From Dehalococcoidia bacterium (GTDB taxonomy: Bacteria > Chloroflexota > Dehalococcoidia > Lucifugimonadales > Australimonadaceae): a stretch of 64,000 bases of DNA. Below, in pieces: positions 26,228 to 35,353 of this stretch; position 1 is the stretch's first letter, and every line of letters starts with the position of its first letter. A model generated the notes under the pieces. It made no database searches. It was not told the DNA's origin and worked only from the letters and a program-made list of their open reading frames with translations. The stretch is from the NCBI GenBank assembly GCA_965219845.1, contig CBDCOP010000004.1:129726-193725 (forward strand). The letters run 5' to 3'. Both the position numbers and the translations under genes were made by a program.

Positions 26228-27794
26228 ATGACAACATCCACGCTCACCCCTCAGGAAGAAGCCTACATCTGGCGCATAGGACGCGCCCTCCGCTGTGGCA
26301 ACCCGGACTGTGGCTGCGCCCCGTCTCCGACGGACCGCCTCCACTGTCCCGTGCACCCGCATCCCTACGTCCCCACCCTCAGCGTCCGCTATGAACCCGG
26401 CTTCGGTTTCACCTTCACCTGCTCCTCCGGATGCCCCTCGGAGAAGATCAACGATGCCCTCTCGCGGCGTGGGCTTCCCCTCGAGTCCGCCCTCTTGACA
26501 GCCACCGGCGCATCCGAGCTCGGCCTTCACCCTTACGAACTCCTCATTCCCCAACCCACCGACTGGCTCTGGCCCAACCGCATCCCCATGGGCGAGCTCA
26601 CCGTCGTCGCCGGGTACCCCGCATCCGGCAAGACCGGCGGTCGCCCTCGATGTCGCAACGCGCGTCTCCCTCGGTGCGGACACCCCTGACCAGCCCGGTA
26701 CGAAGTTCGTCAGGGCGCCCGTCGTCATCGCGGCGCCGCTCAAGAACCCCCGGGCGTCGCTCCTCCCGCGTCTCAGGAGCCTCGGGGCCGACCTCAACCT
26801 CATCTACCACGCCGACCTCCTCTCTCCGATGCACCTCGCGGACTTCCCCGAGGAAGCGGGCGTCGAGAGCCTCGAAGATGTGACCAGGGACGCCAGTGCC
26901 GGCGGAGTGCCCCACTTCTTCGACCCCTTCGCTCCACCGCCTCCGCCTCCTGAACGTCCCGAACTGCCCCCTGAACCGTCGCTCCGCTTCGTCATGAACC
27001 GCCTTGCCAGCCTCATTGCCCGCGGGAGCGCCGCGCTCCTTGTCGTCGACCAGATCGAGCACCTCGCCCTCATCCACAATGCCAGGGTCTCCCACGTCGC
27101 TGGGATGCTCAACTCCCTCGCTGCGCGCACCGGCGCCGCCGTCATAGCCCTCGCGCACAACCCCGCCCACTCACTCCTTGCCGCCGCCCGCTACATGCAG
27201 CCGCGCCTCGGCATGGCCGGGACCGTCTTCACCATCGCCCTCGTCGGCGAAGACCGCGCCCGGTTCCTCGTCCCGCTCAGCCCGCCCATGCACGACGCTC
27301 TCCCGCCCATACCCTTCGCTCTCAATGAAGCCCCGCCCATCGCCTGGCGTGAGCCTATTCCCCAGGAGCGCCTTCTCGCCCTCAACGCCTCTAAAGCGTC
27401 CCGGCCGCAGCGCACGGACATGACCGGCTACGCAAGCCGCTTCCTCACCGGCGCGCTCGCCCACGGCCCGAAGCCTGCCGCCGAACTCACCAAGCGCGCC
27501 CGCGACCTTGGAATCTCGCGCCACCACCTCTCCCGTGCCCGCATCGCCTGTAACGTCACTACCGCTCGATTCAATCCCGCCGGTAGCCCGCCGGGCAGTG
27601 GCTATTGGCTCTGGTCACTCGCACAGCACACCACACCCCCCTCCGGCTCTGCTCTTGGATTCTGGAACCCGGAACAAGGCCGTGGCCTTCCGGATCAAGA
27701 ATCCAAGAAGCCAAACAGCACTTCGCACCACGAGTGTGCGCCTGCAGAAGGATATGCAGAAGAACGAGCGGAAGAAGAAGCGTATGGATGTTGA
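26228..27794 (+). pseudogene. AAA_25/RepA-like (RecA-fold) ATPase of mobile-element type, frameshifted
   Basis: It has an N-terminal Cys/His cluster, 'WLWPNRIPMGELTVVAGYPASGKT' in frame 1, then 'AVALDVATRVSLG...' in the frame of ORF 26829..27794. There is an extra base at about 26636. The C-terminus is HTH-like: 'ELTKRARDLGISRHHLSRA'. Confidence 0.55.
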
Positions 27795-27857
27795 CCGCAA
27801 CACCCGCGCCGGAACTTGCCGCGTGCGGCACGATTCCCGCCATCCGGCCCCTTCTTT

Positions 27858-27893
27858 CCCCTCTCCCCCTTGGGAAAGGGCTAGGGCGAGGGT
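27858..27893. repeat. repeat family A unit, diverged
   Basis: Sequence is cccctctcccccttgggaaagggctagggcgagggt. Confidence 0.6.
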
Positions 27894-27993
27894 ACTCCGG
27901 GGCGAAGGGGACGGGTCAGTAGGGCTCCCGCGGCAGGGCCGCCCCGACATTAGCCGGTTGACCGAGCGCCCTCCGCTCCTTAGCATCGTTTCC

Positions 27994-29361
27994 ATGGCCG
28001 AACCCGGACCGAGCCGCGCGCTCTTCGCCGACCTGTACGAACTGACGATGGCGCAGGCGTACTGGCAGCACGGCCACAACGCCTCCGCCACGTTCAGCCT
28101 CGCCTTCCGCAACCTGCCGCCGGACCGCGGCTACGCTGTCTTCGCCGGACTGGAGGACGCCCTCGGCCACTTCGAGGCGCTCCGCTTCACCGACGCCGAC
28201 GTCGACTACCTCCGCTCCCTCGGCCTCTTCGACGCCGCGTTCCTCGACTGGCTGCCGTCGTTGCGGTTCACCGGGGACATGCGGGCGATGGGCGAGGGCG
28301 AACTCGTCTTCCCGGAGGAGCCGGTAATCGAGGTCACGGCGCCCATCATCGAGGCGCAGCTCGTCGAAACGGCGGTGATGAACGCCATCGGCCTGCAGAC
28401 GATGCTCGCCACGAAAGCAGCCCGCGTCTGGTACGCGGCGCAGGGCAGGGGGGTCGTCGAGTTCGCGGCGCGCCGCACCCAGGGAGAAGAGGCGGCCGAC
28501 CGGCTCGCCCGCGTCAGCTACATGGTGGGGTTCGCGGGCACGAGCAACGTCCGCGCCGCCTCCCGCTACGGCATCCCTCCGGTCGGCACCATGGCGCACT
28601 CCTTCATCTCCAGCTTTCCCACCGAGGCCGAGGCCTTCGACGCCTACGCCGACTCCTTCCCGGACACAAGCACGCTGCTCGTGGATACCTACGACACGGT
28701 CGAGGGAGTCCGCCGCGCCGCGGAGGCCGGTAAGCGCCTCCGAAACGCAGGCCACGCCCTGCGCGCCATCCGGCTCGACAGCGGCGACCTCCTCGCGCTC
28801 TCCCTTGCGAGCCGCCGGATCCTCGACGACGCGGGCCTGCCGGACGTGCAGGTCCTGGCCAGCGGCGGCCTCGACGAGTTCGACGTAGAAGCGCTGCTTG
28901 CGGCCGGCGCGCCGATAGACGGCTTCGGCGTCGGCACGAGGCTCGGCGTCTCCGCCGATGCGCCGTGGATGGACTGGGCGTACAAGCTCGCCGAGTACGA
29001 CGGCACGCCCGTGCTCAAGCTCAGCGAGGGCAAGGCTTCGCTGGCCGGACGCAAGCAGGTCTACCGCCGGACCGGCAGCGACGGGACATACGCTGGCGAC
29101 CTGCTCGCCCTCGCGGACGAGCGGCTGCCGGACGGAGACGGCGCGCCCCTGTTGGCGCCCGCCATGCAGGGCGGACGGCGCATTGTTCCCGCGCTACCGC
29201 TCGCGGAGCTGCGAGAACGCTTCGCCGCCAACTTCGCACGCCTCCCGGAGCGGTACAAGGCGCTGCGCTCGCCTGAACTCTACCCGGTGCAACACACCTG
29301 GGCGCTGGAGGAGGAGCAATGGGGAGCGACGCAGAACACGCTTGCACGGCAGCAACGCTGA
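27994..29361 (+). CDS. pncB: nicotinate phosphoribosyltransferase
   Basis: Start at ATG 27994. 'LFADLYELTMAQAYW' N-terminus and 'GTMAHSFI' motif. The upstream part of the track ORF crosses a repeat and the preceding gene. Confidence 0.9.
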   Translation: MAEPGPSRALFADLYELTMAQAYWQHGHNASATFSLAFRNLPPDRGYAVFAGLEDALGHFEALRFTDADVDYLRSLGLFDAAFLDWLPSLRFTGDMRAMGEGELVFPEEPVIEVTAPIIEAQLVETAVMNAIGLQTMLATKAARVWYAAQGRGVVEFAARRTQGEEAADRLARVSYMVGFAGTSNVRAASRYGIPPVGTMAHSFISSFPTEAEAFDAYADSFPDTSTLLVDTYDTVEGVRRAAEAGKRLRNAGHALRAIRLDSGDLLALSLASRRILDDAGLPDVQVLASGGLDEFDVEALLAAGAPIDGFGVGTRLGVSADAPWMDWAYKLAEYDGTPVLKLSEGKASLAGRKQVYRRTGSDGTYAGDLLALADERLPDGDGAPLLAPAMQGGRRIVPALPLAELRERFAANFARLPERYKALRSPELYPVQHTWALEEEQWGATQNTLARQQR

Positions 29362-29387
29362 CGCGGCAGCAGGGCGAGTGAGGGAGC

Positions 29388-30005
29388 CTACTCCTCGGCC
29401 AGCGTTTCTTCCGTCGTGGCGAGCACTGCGCCGTTGAGCTCCATCAGGTGCAGCGCGCGGTCGCCGTCGCCCGACTCGACGTTCACCGCCGCGACCGCGT
29501 CGGACAGCACGTACGTCTCGTACCCGTTGCCGAGCGCGTCCACCACCGTGTTCACGACGCAGTAGTCGGTCGCGAGTCCGCCCACGTACACCCGCGTGAT
29601 GCCGCCGGCCTTGAGTTGCGCGTCGAGGTCGGAGTCGACGAATCCGGAGTAAGCGTCCTTGTCTAAACTTGCGCCCTTGCGGATCACTCGCGTCCCCTCC
29701 GGCAACTCCAACTCCGCATGGAACGCCGCTCCGTGCGAGTCCTGCACACAATGGTCCGGCCACTGTCCGCCCTGCGACGCGAACGAGGAATGTCCCGCCG
29801 GGTGCCAGTCCTGCGTCGCGAACACCTTGCCGCCGCGCTCGGCGAACGTCTTCGCAGTGGCGCTCATCTTCCGTGCGACTGAGTCGCCGCCCCGCACGCC
29901 GAGCGAGCCGCCGGGACAGAAGTCGTTCTGCACGTCGACGACGATCAACGCGTCCAGGTTCGTGATCCGCACGGCGCACCTCCTCGCGGGATTTACCCCC
30001 CCCAT
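29388..30005 (-). CDS. pncA: nicotinamidase / pyrazinamidase (isochorismatase family)
   Basis: 'LIVVDVQNDFCPGG', 'QDWHP' and 'GLATDYCV' are present. It is convergent with pncB. Confidence 0.85.
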   Translation of the reverse strand: MGGVNPARRCAVRITNLDALIVVDVQNDFCPGGSLGVRGGDSVARKMSATAKTFAERGGKVFATQDWHPAGHSSFASQGGQWPDHCVQDSHGAAFHAELELPEGTRVIRKGASLDKDAYSGFVDSDLDAQLKAGGITRVYVGGLATDYCVVNTVVDALGNGYETYVLSDAVAAVNVESGDGDRALHLMELNGAVLATTEETLAEE

Positions 30006-30073
30006 GGTACGCCCGCTGACACCCGCTGCAGGAAGGGCAGGGGGTGGCCTATGGTAAAATAGCCTTGCTTTCT

Positions 30074-30171
30074 CCCCTCTCCTGAGGGAGAGGGTTAGGG
30101 TGAGGGCCCCCGGTGGGGTGGAGTGGACGGGTTGTGCAAGGGTCCCTCTGGGAGAGGGTTAGGGTGAGGGC
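30074..30171. repeat. two repeat family A units
   Basis: Units at 30074-30107 and 30131-30171. The second is of the GTTGTGCAAGGGTCCCT subtype. Confidence 0.75.
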
Positions 30172-30229
30172 TCACAGGGCAGGGTAGGTAGGTTACACAT
30201 AGGTCCTAACTGACAGGCGAGGCTCCAGA

Positions 30230-31132
30230 ATGCACTTCACGAAACTCCAGGGCGCGGGCAACGACTACATCTTCGTCGACGGCCTGAACGAGCAGCGCGA
30301 CTGGCCGGAGATGGCGCGGCGGGTGTCCGACCGGCACTTCGGCATCGGCGCGGACGGCCTCATCGTCGTCGCGCCGTCGGAGCGCGCCCCGGTGCGGATG
30401 TGGATGTTCAACGTCGACGGCTCCGAGGGCGAGATGTGCGGCAACGGCATCCGCTGCTTCGCCAAGTTCGTGCTGGAGAGAGGCATGGTTCCCGCCAACG
30501 GCAGCACGCTGGACGTGGAGACCGGCGCCGGCGTGTTGAGCATCGCTCCCCACTGGAGCGATGACCGTGTCGTCGGCGCACGCGTGAACATGGGAGAACC
30601 CATCCTCCGCGCCGCGGACGTGCCGGTCGACGTCTCGAAGATGGGCCCCAGCGACTACTCCGCGCTGGACGCCGGCCTCGTCGAATCGCTTGGACTACGG
30701 CCCGGCGAGCTGGCGTTCGATGCGCCGGTCGAGGTGAACGGCATTACGTTCGTGCTCACTGCGGTCTCGATGGGTAACCCGCACGTAACGGCCTTCATCG
30801 ATGAGCCGGTGAACAGCGTGGAACTGGACAGGGTCGGGCCTCGCATGGAACACCACGAGGCGTACCCGCGCCGGATCAACTTCCACCTCACGAACGTCGT
30901 TGCGCGTGACCACCTCATCTCGCGGACGTGGGAGCGCGGCTCCGGCCTGACGCTCGCATGCGGAACGGGCGTGAGCGCGATCGTAGTCGCAGCGCGCCTC
31001 CACGGGCTCGTGGACGACGAGGTGCGCGTGGACGTGCCCGGCGGCGAACTCACGATCGCCTGGCCGGGCCACGGCCCCGTGTTCATGGACGGCGACGCGG
31101 TCGAGGTCTTCTCCGGCGAGTGGCCGGACTGA
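30230..31132 (+). CDS. dapF: diaminopimelate epimerase
   Basis: 'FTKLQGAGNDYIFVD', 'GEMCGNGIRC' and 'LACGTG' match the two-cysteine DapF pattern. Confidence 0.9.
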   Translation: MHFTKLQGAGNDYIFVDGLNEQRDWPEMARRVSDRHFGIGADGLIVVAPSERAPVRMWMFNVDGSEGEMCGNGIRCFAKFVLERGMVPANGSTLDVETGAGVLSIAPHWSDDRVVGARVNMGEPILRAADVPVDVSKMGPSDYSALDAGLVESLGLRPGELAFDAPVEVNGITFVLTAVSMGNPHVTAFIDEPVNSVELDRVGPRMEHHEAYPRRINFHLTNVVARDHLISRTWERGSGLTLACGTGVSAIVVAARLHGLVDDEVRVDVPGGELTIAWPGHGPVFMDGDAVEVFSGEWPD

Positions 31133-31141
31133 GGCTGCATA

Positions 31142-31744
31142 GTGCACGTAGCAATCCAAGTCCGCATAGACAACCTCAACGCAGAGCAGATTGTGGCCTG
31201 CCTAAGGGATGCTTTCACGGATGCAGTTCCGATAGAGCAGGCCAGAGAAAACAGCAGTGTCCTGAATGCTGGTCAGAAGTCGGCCTCTACAATCAAGTAC
31301 GCCTGCCGTCCAACCAATGAGTCAATAGCGCTGTTCTCAATGCCGGGTGGGGGAATGGTCGGGTGCGTCCTGGAGTTCGTTTACTCATCGAACGAGACGC
31401 TGCTTGCCTTGACAGAATACACAGTCGACGTCATCGAGCGGCAAGTAAAGCGCAGTAGAGGCAAGTTCCATTTCTTGAAGGCCCGACTCGAAGACGTAAG
31501 TTCTCTGGGAACAGCGGTCGAGGGCACACCCTTACATTGGTTCAACCGCGTTCGCATGCACGTTGCGCAGCGCGACCTGCTGAATAAACTAGTGGTGGTT
31601 ACAACACTGGTAGGGATTGGTTCTTTCATGACCGACCTGAAAGCAGGCGCGGTGCTTGCAGGGGTTGGCGTAGCTGTGTCCCTGGCAGTGTCACTCGCTC
31701 AAGCGGCTTGGGAGCGACGCAGAGTCGAATGGAGGATCAGATGA
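31142..31744 (+). CDS. hypothetical protein with C-terminal transmembrane segment(s)
   Basis: GTG start 10 nt after the dapF stop. About 145 aa are soluble and unrecognised, followed by 'LVVVTTLVGIGSFM' and 'AVLAGVGVAVSLAVSLAQAAW'. Lower GC. Confidence 0.5.
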   Translation: MHVAIQVRIDNLNAEQIVACLRDAFTDAVPIEQARENSSVLNAGQKSASTIKYACRPTNESIALFSMPGGGMVGCVLEFVYSSNETLLALTEYTVDVIERQVKRSRGKFHFLKARLEDVSSLGTAVEGTPLHWFNRVRMHVAQRDLLNKLVVVTTLVGIGSFMTDLKAGAVLAGVGVAVSLAVSLAQAAWERRRVEWRIR

Positions 31745-32148
31745 ACCTACAAAAAGGGCTAGTGCATGAGCGCGCCGTGACTCAAAGCCTAGCAGAGTAC
31801 TTCAGAGCAGGCGGCTTTGAAGTGGCCAAGGAGGAGCGCTTACCTTGGGGAGGCCGAGCTGACCTCCTCGTCTACCTGCCGCATAACCGCATTCTGCTCT
31901 TCGAGGTCAAGACTGGCACGAAGGGTGATTACTTGGACATGCTCACCACGTTCGCGCGGATTGAAGGATACAAGGACAGGGTCAAATACGCGCACCCGGA
32001 TGCAGAAGTGACGGAAGCTGTCGTCACGAACATGATTGTCGGAGAGAATCTAGCTGATTTCTTTGACAAATCAGGAGTGCACATCGTCCGGATTCAAGAT
32101 GAGAACGATAGCCTAGAGGCTAAACTCGCCCCGCTGCTGTCAGCGTAG
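31741..32148 (+). CDS. small PD-(D/E)xK nuclease-fold protein (YraN/Hjc-like)
   Basis: ATG 31741 follows GGAGG and overlaps the upstream stop (ATGA). 'HERAV...GGRADLLVYLPHNRILLFEVKTG' gives E..D-x13-E-x-K. Confidence 0.55.
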   Translation: MNLQKGLVHERAVTQSLAEYFRAGGFEVAKEERLPWGGRADLLVYLPHNRILLFEVKTGTKGDYLDMLTTFARIEGYKDRVKYAHPDAEVTEAVVTNMIVGENLADFFDKSGVHIVRIQDENDSLEAKLAPLLSA

Positions 32149-32174
32149 ATCCACGACTTGGAGGTTCCTTCCGT

Positions 32175-33353
32175 ATGCAACTCGCCAACCGGCTCGACCA
32201 GCTCCCGCCGTATATCTTCCTGGAGATCAGCCGGAAGATCGCAGAGAAGCGCGCCCAGGGGATGGACGTCATCAGCTTCGGCATCGGCGACCCGGACATC
32301 CCGACGCCAGAGCACATCCTGACCACTCTCAAGACGGCCTCCGACGACCCGCCCAATCATCGCTACCCCGAGTCCGACGGCCTGCCGGAGATGCGACAGG
32401 CCATCGCCCGTTGGTACACACGGCGCTTCGACATCGAACTGGGCGACAAGGAGATCGTGCCGCTCATCGGGGCCAAGGAGGGCATCGGCCACATGGCGCT
32501 GTGCCTCATCGACCCCGGCGACATCGCGCTCGTGCCTGACCCCGCGTACCCGGTCTACTCGGTCGGCACCATGTTCGCGGGCGGAATCTCCCACAGGATG
32601 CCGCTGCTGGAAGAGAACGCCTTCCACCCGGACCTTTCGCAGATACCGGAGGACGTGGCGCGTAAGGCGAAGGTGCTCTGGTTCAACTACCCGAACAACC
32701 CCACGGGAGCGCTCGCGACGCCTGAGCTGTTCCAGGAGGTCGTGGCGTTCGCCAAGGAGTACGACATCGCGGTCTGCCACGACGCTTGCTACTCCGAGGT
32801 AACGTTCGACGGCTACGTCGCGCCGAGCTTCCTGCAGACGCCCGGAGCAATCGACGTGGGTATCGAGTTCCACTCGCTCTCCAAGACCTACAACATGACG
32901 GGCTGGCGCATCGGCATGGCCGCAGGCAACCAGCAGCTCATCGACGCGCTCATACGGGTGAAGTCCAACCTGGACTCCGGCATCCCGCAGGCGGTGCAGT
33001 ACATGGGGATCGAGGCGTTGGACAACACCACGCCCGAGTGGCTGGCCGCGAACAACGAGATATACCGCAGGCGGCGCGACCGCGTGGTGGACGCGCTCAC
33101 GGCCATCGGGCTGCAGGTGAACCGGCCCAAGTCCGGCTTCTACATCTGGGCGCGCTGCCCGGACGGCTGGACCTCGGCGCAGCTGGCAACCGAGCTTCTG
33201 GACAAGCACGCCGTCGTCGTCACGCCGGGTCGTGGCTACGGTGAGGCCGGAGAAGGCTACATACGCCTCTCGCTCACGACACCGGACGAGCGCGTGGACG
33301 AGGGCCTGCAACGGCTCGAGGGCTGGCGTCTGCCGGACGCGCCAGCGGTTTAG
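32175..33353 (+). CDS. dapL: LL-diaminopimelate aminotransferase-type class I aminotransferase
   Basis: 'LPPYIFLEISRKIAEKRAQGMDVISFGIGDPDIPTP', 'YPNNPTG' and 'SLSKTYNMTGWRIG' are present. The dapF neighbourhood supports the call. Confidence 0.75.
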   Translation: MQLANRLDQLPPYIFLEISRKIAEKRAQGMDVISFGIGDPDIPTPEHILTTLKTASDDPPNHRYPESDGLPEMRQAIARWYTRRFDIELGDKEIVPLIGAKEGIGHMALCLIDPGDIALVPDPAYPVYSVGTMFAGGISHRMPLLEENAFHPDLSQIPEDVARKAKVLWFNYPNNPTGALATPELFQEVVAFAKEYDIAVCHDACYSEVTFDGYVAPSFLQTPGAIDVGIEFHSLSKTYNMTGWRIGMAAGNQQLIDALIRVKSNLDSGIPQAVQYMGIEALDNTTPEWLAANNEIYRRRRDRVVDALTAIGLQVNRPKSGFYIWARCPDGWTSAQLATELLDKHAVVVTPGRGYGEAGEGYIRLSLTTPDERVDEGLQRLEGWRLPDAPAV

Positions 33354-33378
33354 GACACCGGCTCCTTCTCCGCACGGC

Positions 33379-34623
33379 GTGGCAGCGGGTAGAATCGTAA
33401 TCACCAAACCGGAGCGCTCACCCATAGCACGGCAATCGAGAACGGTGGAAACGGCCCAACTGCAGGAGCAGGCGCTGCTCGTTGGCGTGGGCATCAAGGG
33501 GCGGCGTTCGCCTTGGACGATAGCCGACTCGCTCGAAGAGCTCGCGCAGCTCGCCGACACGGCAGGCGCAGAGGTCGCCGGAACGGTCTCCCAGCAGTTG
33601 GAAGCGCCGTCGCACACGTACGTCGGCAAGGGCAAACTGCAGGAGATCGCCGACGCGCGACGCGCAATGGGCTTCGGCACGTTGATCTGCGACGACGAAC
33701 TGACCCCCACGCAGCAGCAGAACCTCGAGCGCGCACTCGGCGAACACGTGAAGGTGATCGACCGCACCGCGCTCATCCTGGATGTATTCGCACGGCATGC
33801 AAGAACGCACGAGGGGCGCTTACAGGTGGAACTGGCACAGTCGGAGTACCTGCTGCCGCGCCTGGCGGGCCAGTGGAGCCACCTGGAGCGTCTCGGCGGC
33901 GGCATCGGCACGCGCGGCCCCGGGGAGACGCAGATAGAAACTGACCGGCGGCTTGTCGGACAGCGTATCCAGCGACTGAAGCAGGAGTTGGAGAAGGTAC
34001 GCCGCCATCGCGCCCAGTACCGGGCCCGTCGACACAGGAACAGGCTGCCCGTTGTCGCGCTCGTGGGCTACACGAACGCGGGCAAGAGCAGCCTGCTGAA
34101 CGCGCTCTCCGGCGCAGGCGTGCTTGCGCGCGGTCAGCTCTTCTCGACGCTGGACCCGGTGACGCGCAAGGTGCGCCTGCCGGACGGCAGCGACGCGTTG
34201 CTCACGGACACGGTGGGCTTCATCCAGAAGCTACCCACGACGCTCGTCGCGGCCTTCCGCGCGACGCTGGAGGAGGTGCAGGAGGCCTCGTTCTTGTTGC
34301 ACGTGGTTGACATCTCGCATCCCAACGCGGCGGAGCAGGTCGAGGTCGTCGAGGACATCCTGCGCGACCTGGGTCTCACCGACACGCCGCGCGTGCTTGC
34401 GCTCAACAAGGTGGACCTGCTGGACTCCGGTGGCGATGCGGGCTTCGTGCCGGAAGCGGAAGGCATCAGGGCGGTTCTTACGTCGACGGTGACGGGAGCC
34501 GGACTGCAGGAGCTGTTGCAGGCAGTGTCCGCGCAGGTGAACGATGATGTACCATCCGGCACCGAAGCGGCGCTTGCAGGCGCGAGAGCAAAACGAGGAG
34601 CGACCCACAGGAACCATGGCTGA
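33379..34623 (+). CDS. hflX: GTPase HflX
   Basis: 'GKGKLQEI', 'VIDRTALILDIFA'-like, 'LGGGIGTRGPGETQIE' and 'VALVGYTNAGKSSLLNAL' are present. The start is uncertain, GTG 33379 or GTG 33445. The upstream part of the track ORF overlaps dapL. Confidence 0.85.
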   Translation: MAAGRIVITKPERSPIARQSRTVETAQLQEQALLVGVGIKGRRSPWTIADSLEELAQLADTAGAEVAGTVSQQLEAPSHTYVGKGKLQEIADARRAMGFGTLICDDELTPTQQQNLERALGEHVKVIDRTALILDVFARHARTHEGRLQVELAQSEYLLPRLAGQWSHLERLGGGIGTRGPGETQIETDRRLVGQRIQRLKQELEKVRRHRAQYRARRHRNRLPVVALVGYTNAGKSSLLNALSGAGVLARGQLFSTLDPVTRKVRLPDGSDALLTDTVGFIQKLPTTLVAAFRATLEEVQEASFLLHVVDISHPNAAEQVEVVEDILRDLGLTDTPRVLALNKVDLLDSGGDAGFVPEAEGIRAVLTSTVTGAGLQELLQAVSAQVNDDVPSGTEAALAGARAKRGATHRNHG

Positions 34624-34963
34624 CGATGAACTCTTTCAACTGCCGGAGCATCCTTTCTACAGTTGCGATGAGGACTGTTTCCTCGTTGCCGACGGATCGC
34701 AGATGGGCACGGCGGCAGCCATCCTGGCTCTCGAGCCGCTGCTCAAGCTGATGGTCGGCGAAGGCAACATCTTCGAGCGGCGCCCGGTCAAGGTCACGGA
34801 GAAGGAGGGCCTGCAGGTCAGCGTGGAGTGCGAAGGCGGCGGGTCCGTGCACATCGACTTCGATTCGCTGACGGCGCGCAAGACGACGCCGGACGGCGAG
34901 TTCCTGTACCGGGGCGGCCTCGAGGATGGCAACGACGGCATGGGATACCTCCGCGCGCGCTAA
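34616..34963 (+). CDS. hypothetical protein
   Basis: 115 aa from ATG 34616, overlapping the hflX stop by 8 nt. Acidic, balanced composition. No motif recognised. Confidence 0.4.
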   Translation: MADDELFQLPEHPFYSCDEDCFLVADGSQMGTAAAILALEPLLKLMVGEGNIFERRPVKVTEKEGLQVSVECEGGGSVHIDFDSLTARKTTPDGEFLYRGGLEDGNDGMGYLRAR

Positions 34964-35353
34964 GCGAGTTCGCGGCGCTGCGTGGACCGCAGTCGGACCG
35001 GACCGGTGGACGGGCCTCAACGGAGGCCGGATGACCCGGAGTTCAGGGCGGAGCCATACAAGAGGCTTCGCGCAGGCAGGATGGACTTGCCGTCAGGTGC
35101 GAGCTGCCGAAGAGCCTCCATGGGGGCTGGAATGCGTTCTCCAAAGTGACGGCGCACTATTGTTGTTATGTAAAGTGAGCGACGATGCAAGCCGGCCGGC
35201 CCATCGGACCTCCTCCCCCCTTCCGACAACCGCGTCACCACGACAAGGAAGGCGCCCAGCCATGACCAGCCCGCCGCGTGGCGTATCCTTGGAAGATACG
35301 GGCTCGCGCAGCGGAAGCCGCACAGCCCATCCCTGTTCGCTGGAGCATTCGGA

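Noticed and set aside
26105-26803. A 232-aa minus-strand ORF across the start of the AAA_25 gene.
   Set aside because: It has Gly/Arg/Ala-rich, low-information composition, and it lies antisense to a frame with clear Walker A and zinc-cluster motifs.
27508-27993. The N-terminal 162 codons of the 617-aa ORF containing pncB.
   Set aside because: This part overlaps the 3' end of the AAA_25 frame and reads through a family A repeat. The canonical NAPRTase N-terminus (LFADLYELTMAQAYW) begins right after ATG 27994.
34964-35353. A 390-bp non-coding gap before the S41 protease gene, with a GAGGCTTCG...CGAAGAGCCTC helix and a GTCAGGT segment. I considered SRP (4.5S) RNA.
   Set aside because: The SRP domain IV core (GGUCCGGAAGGAAGCAGCC with a GNRA loop) is not present. 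The similarity is limited to a few bases.
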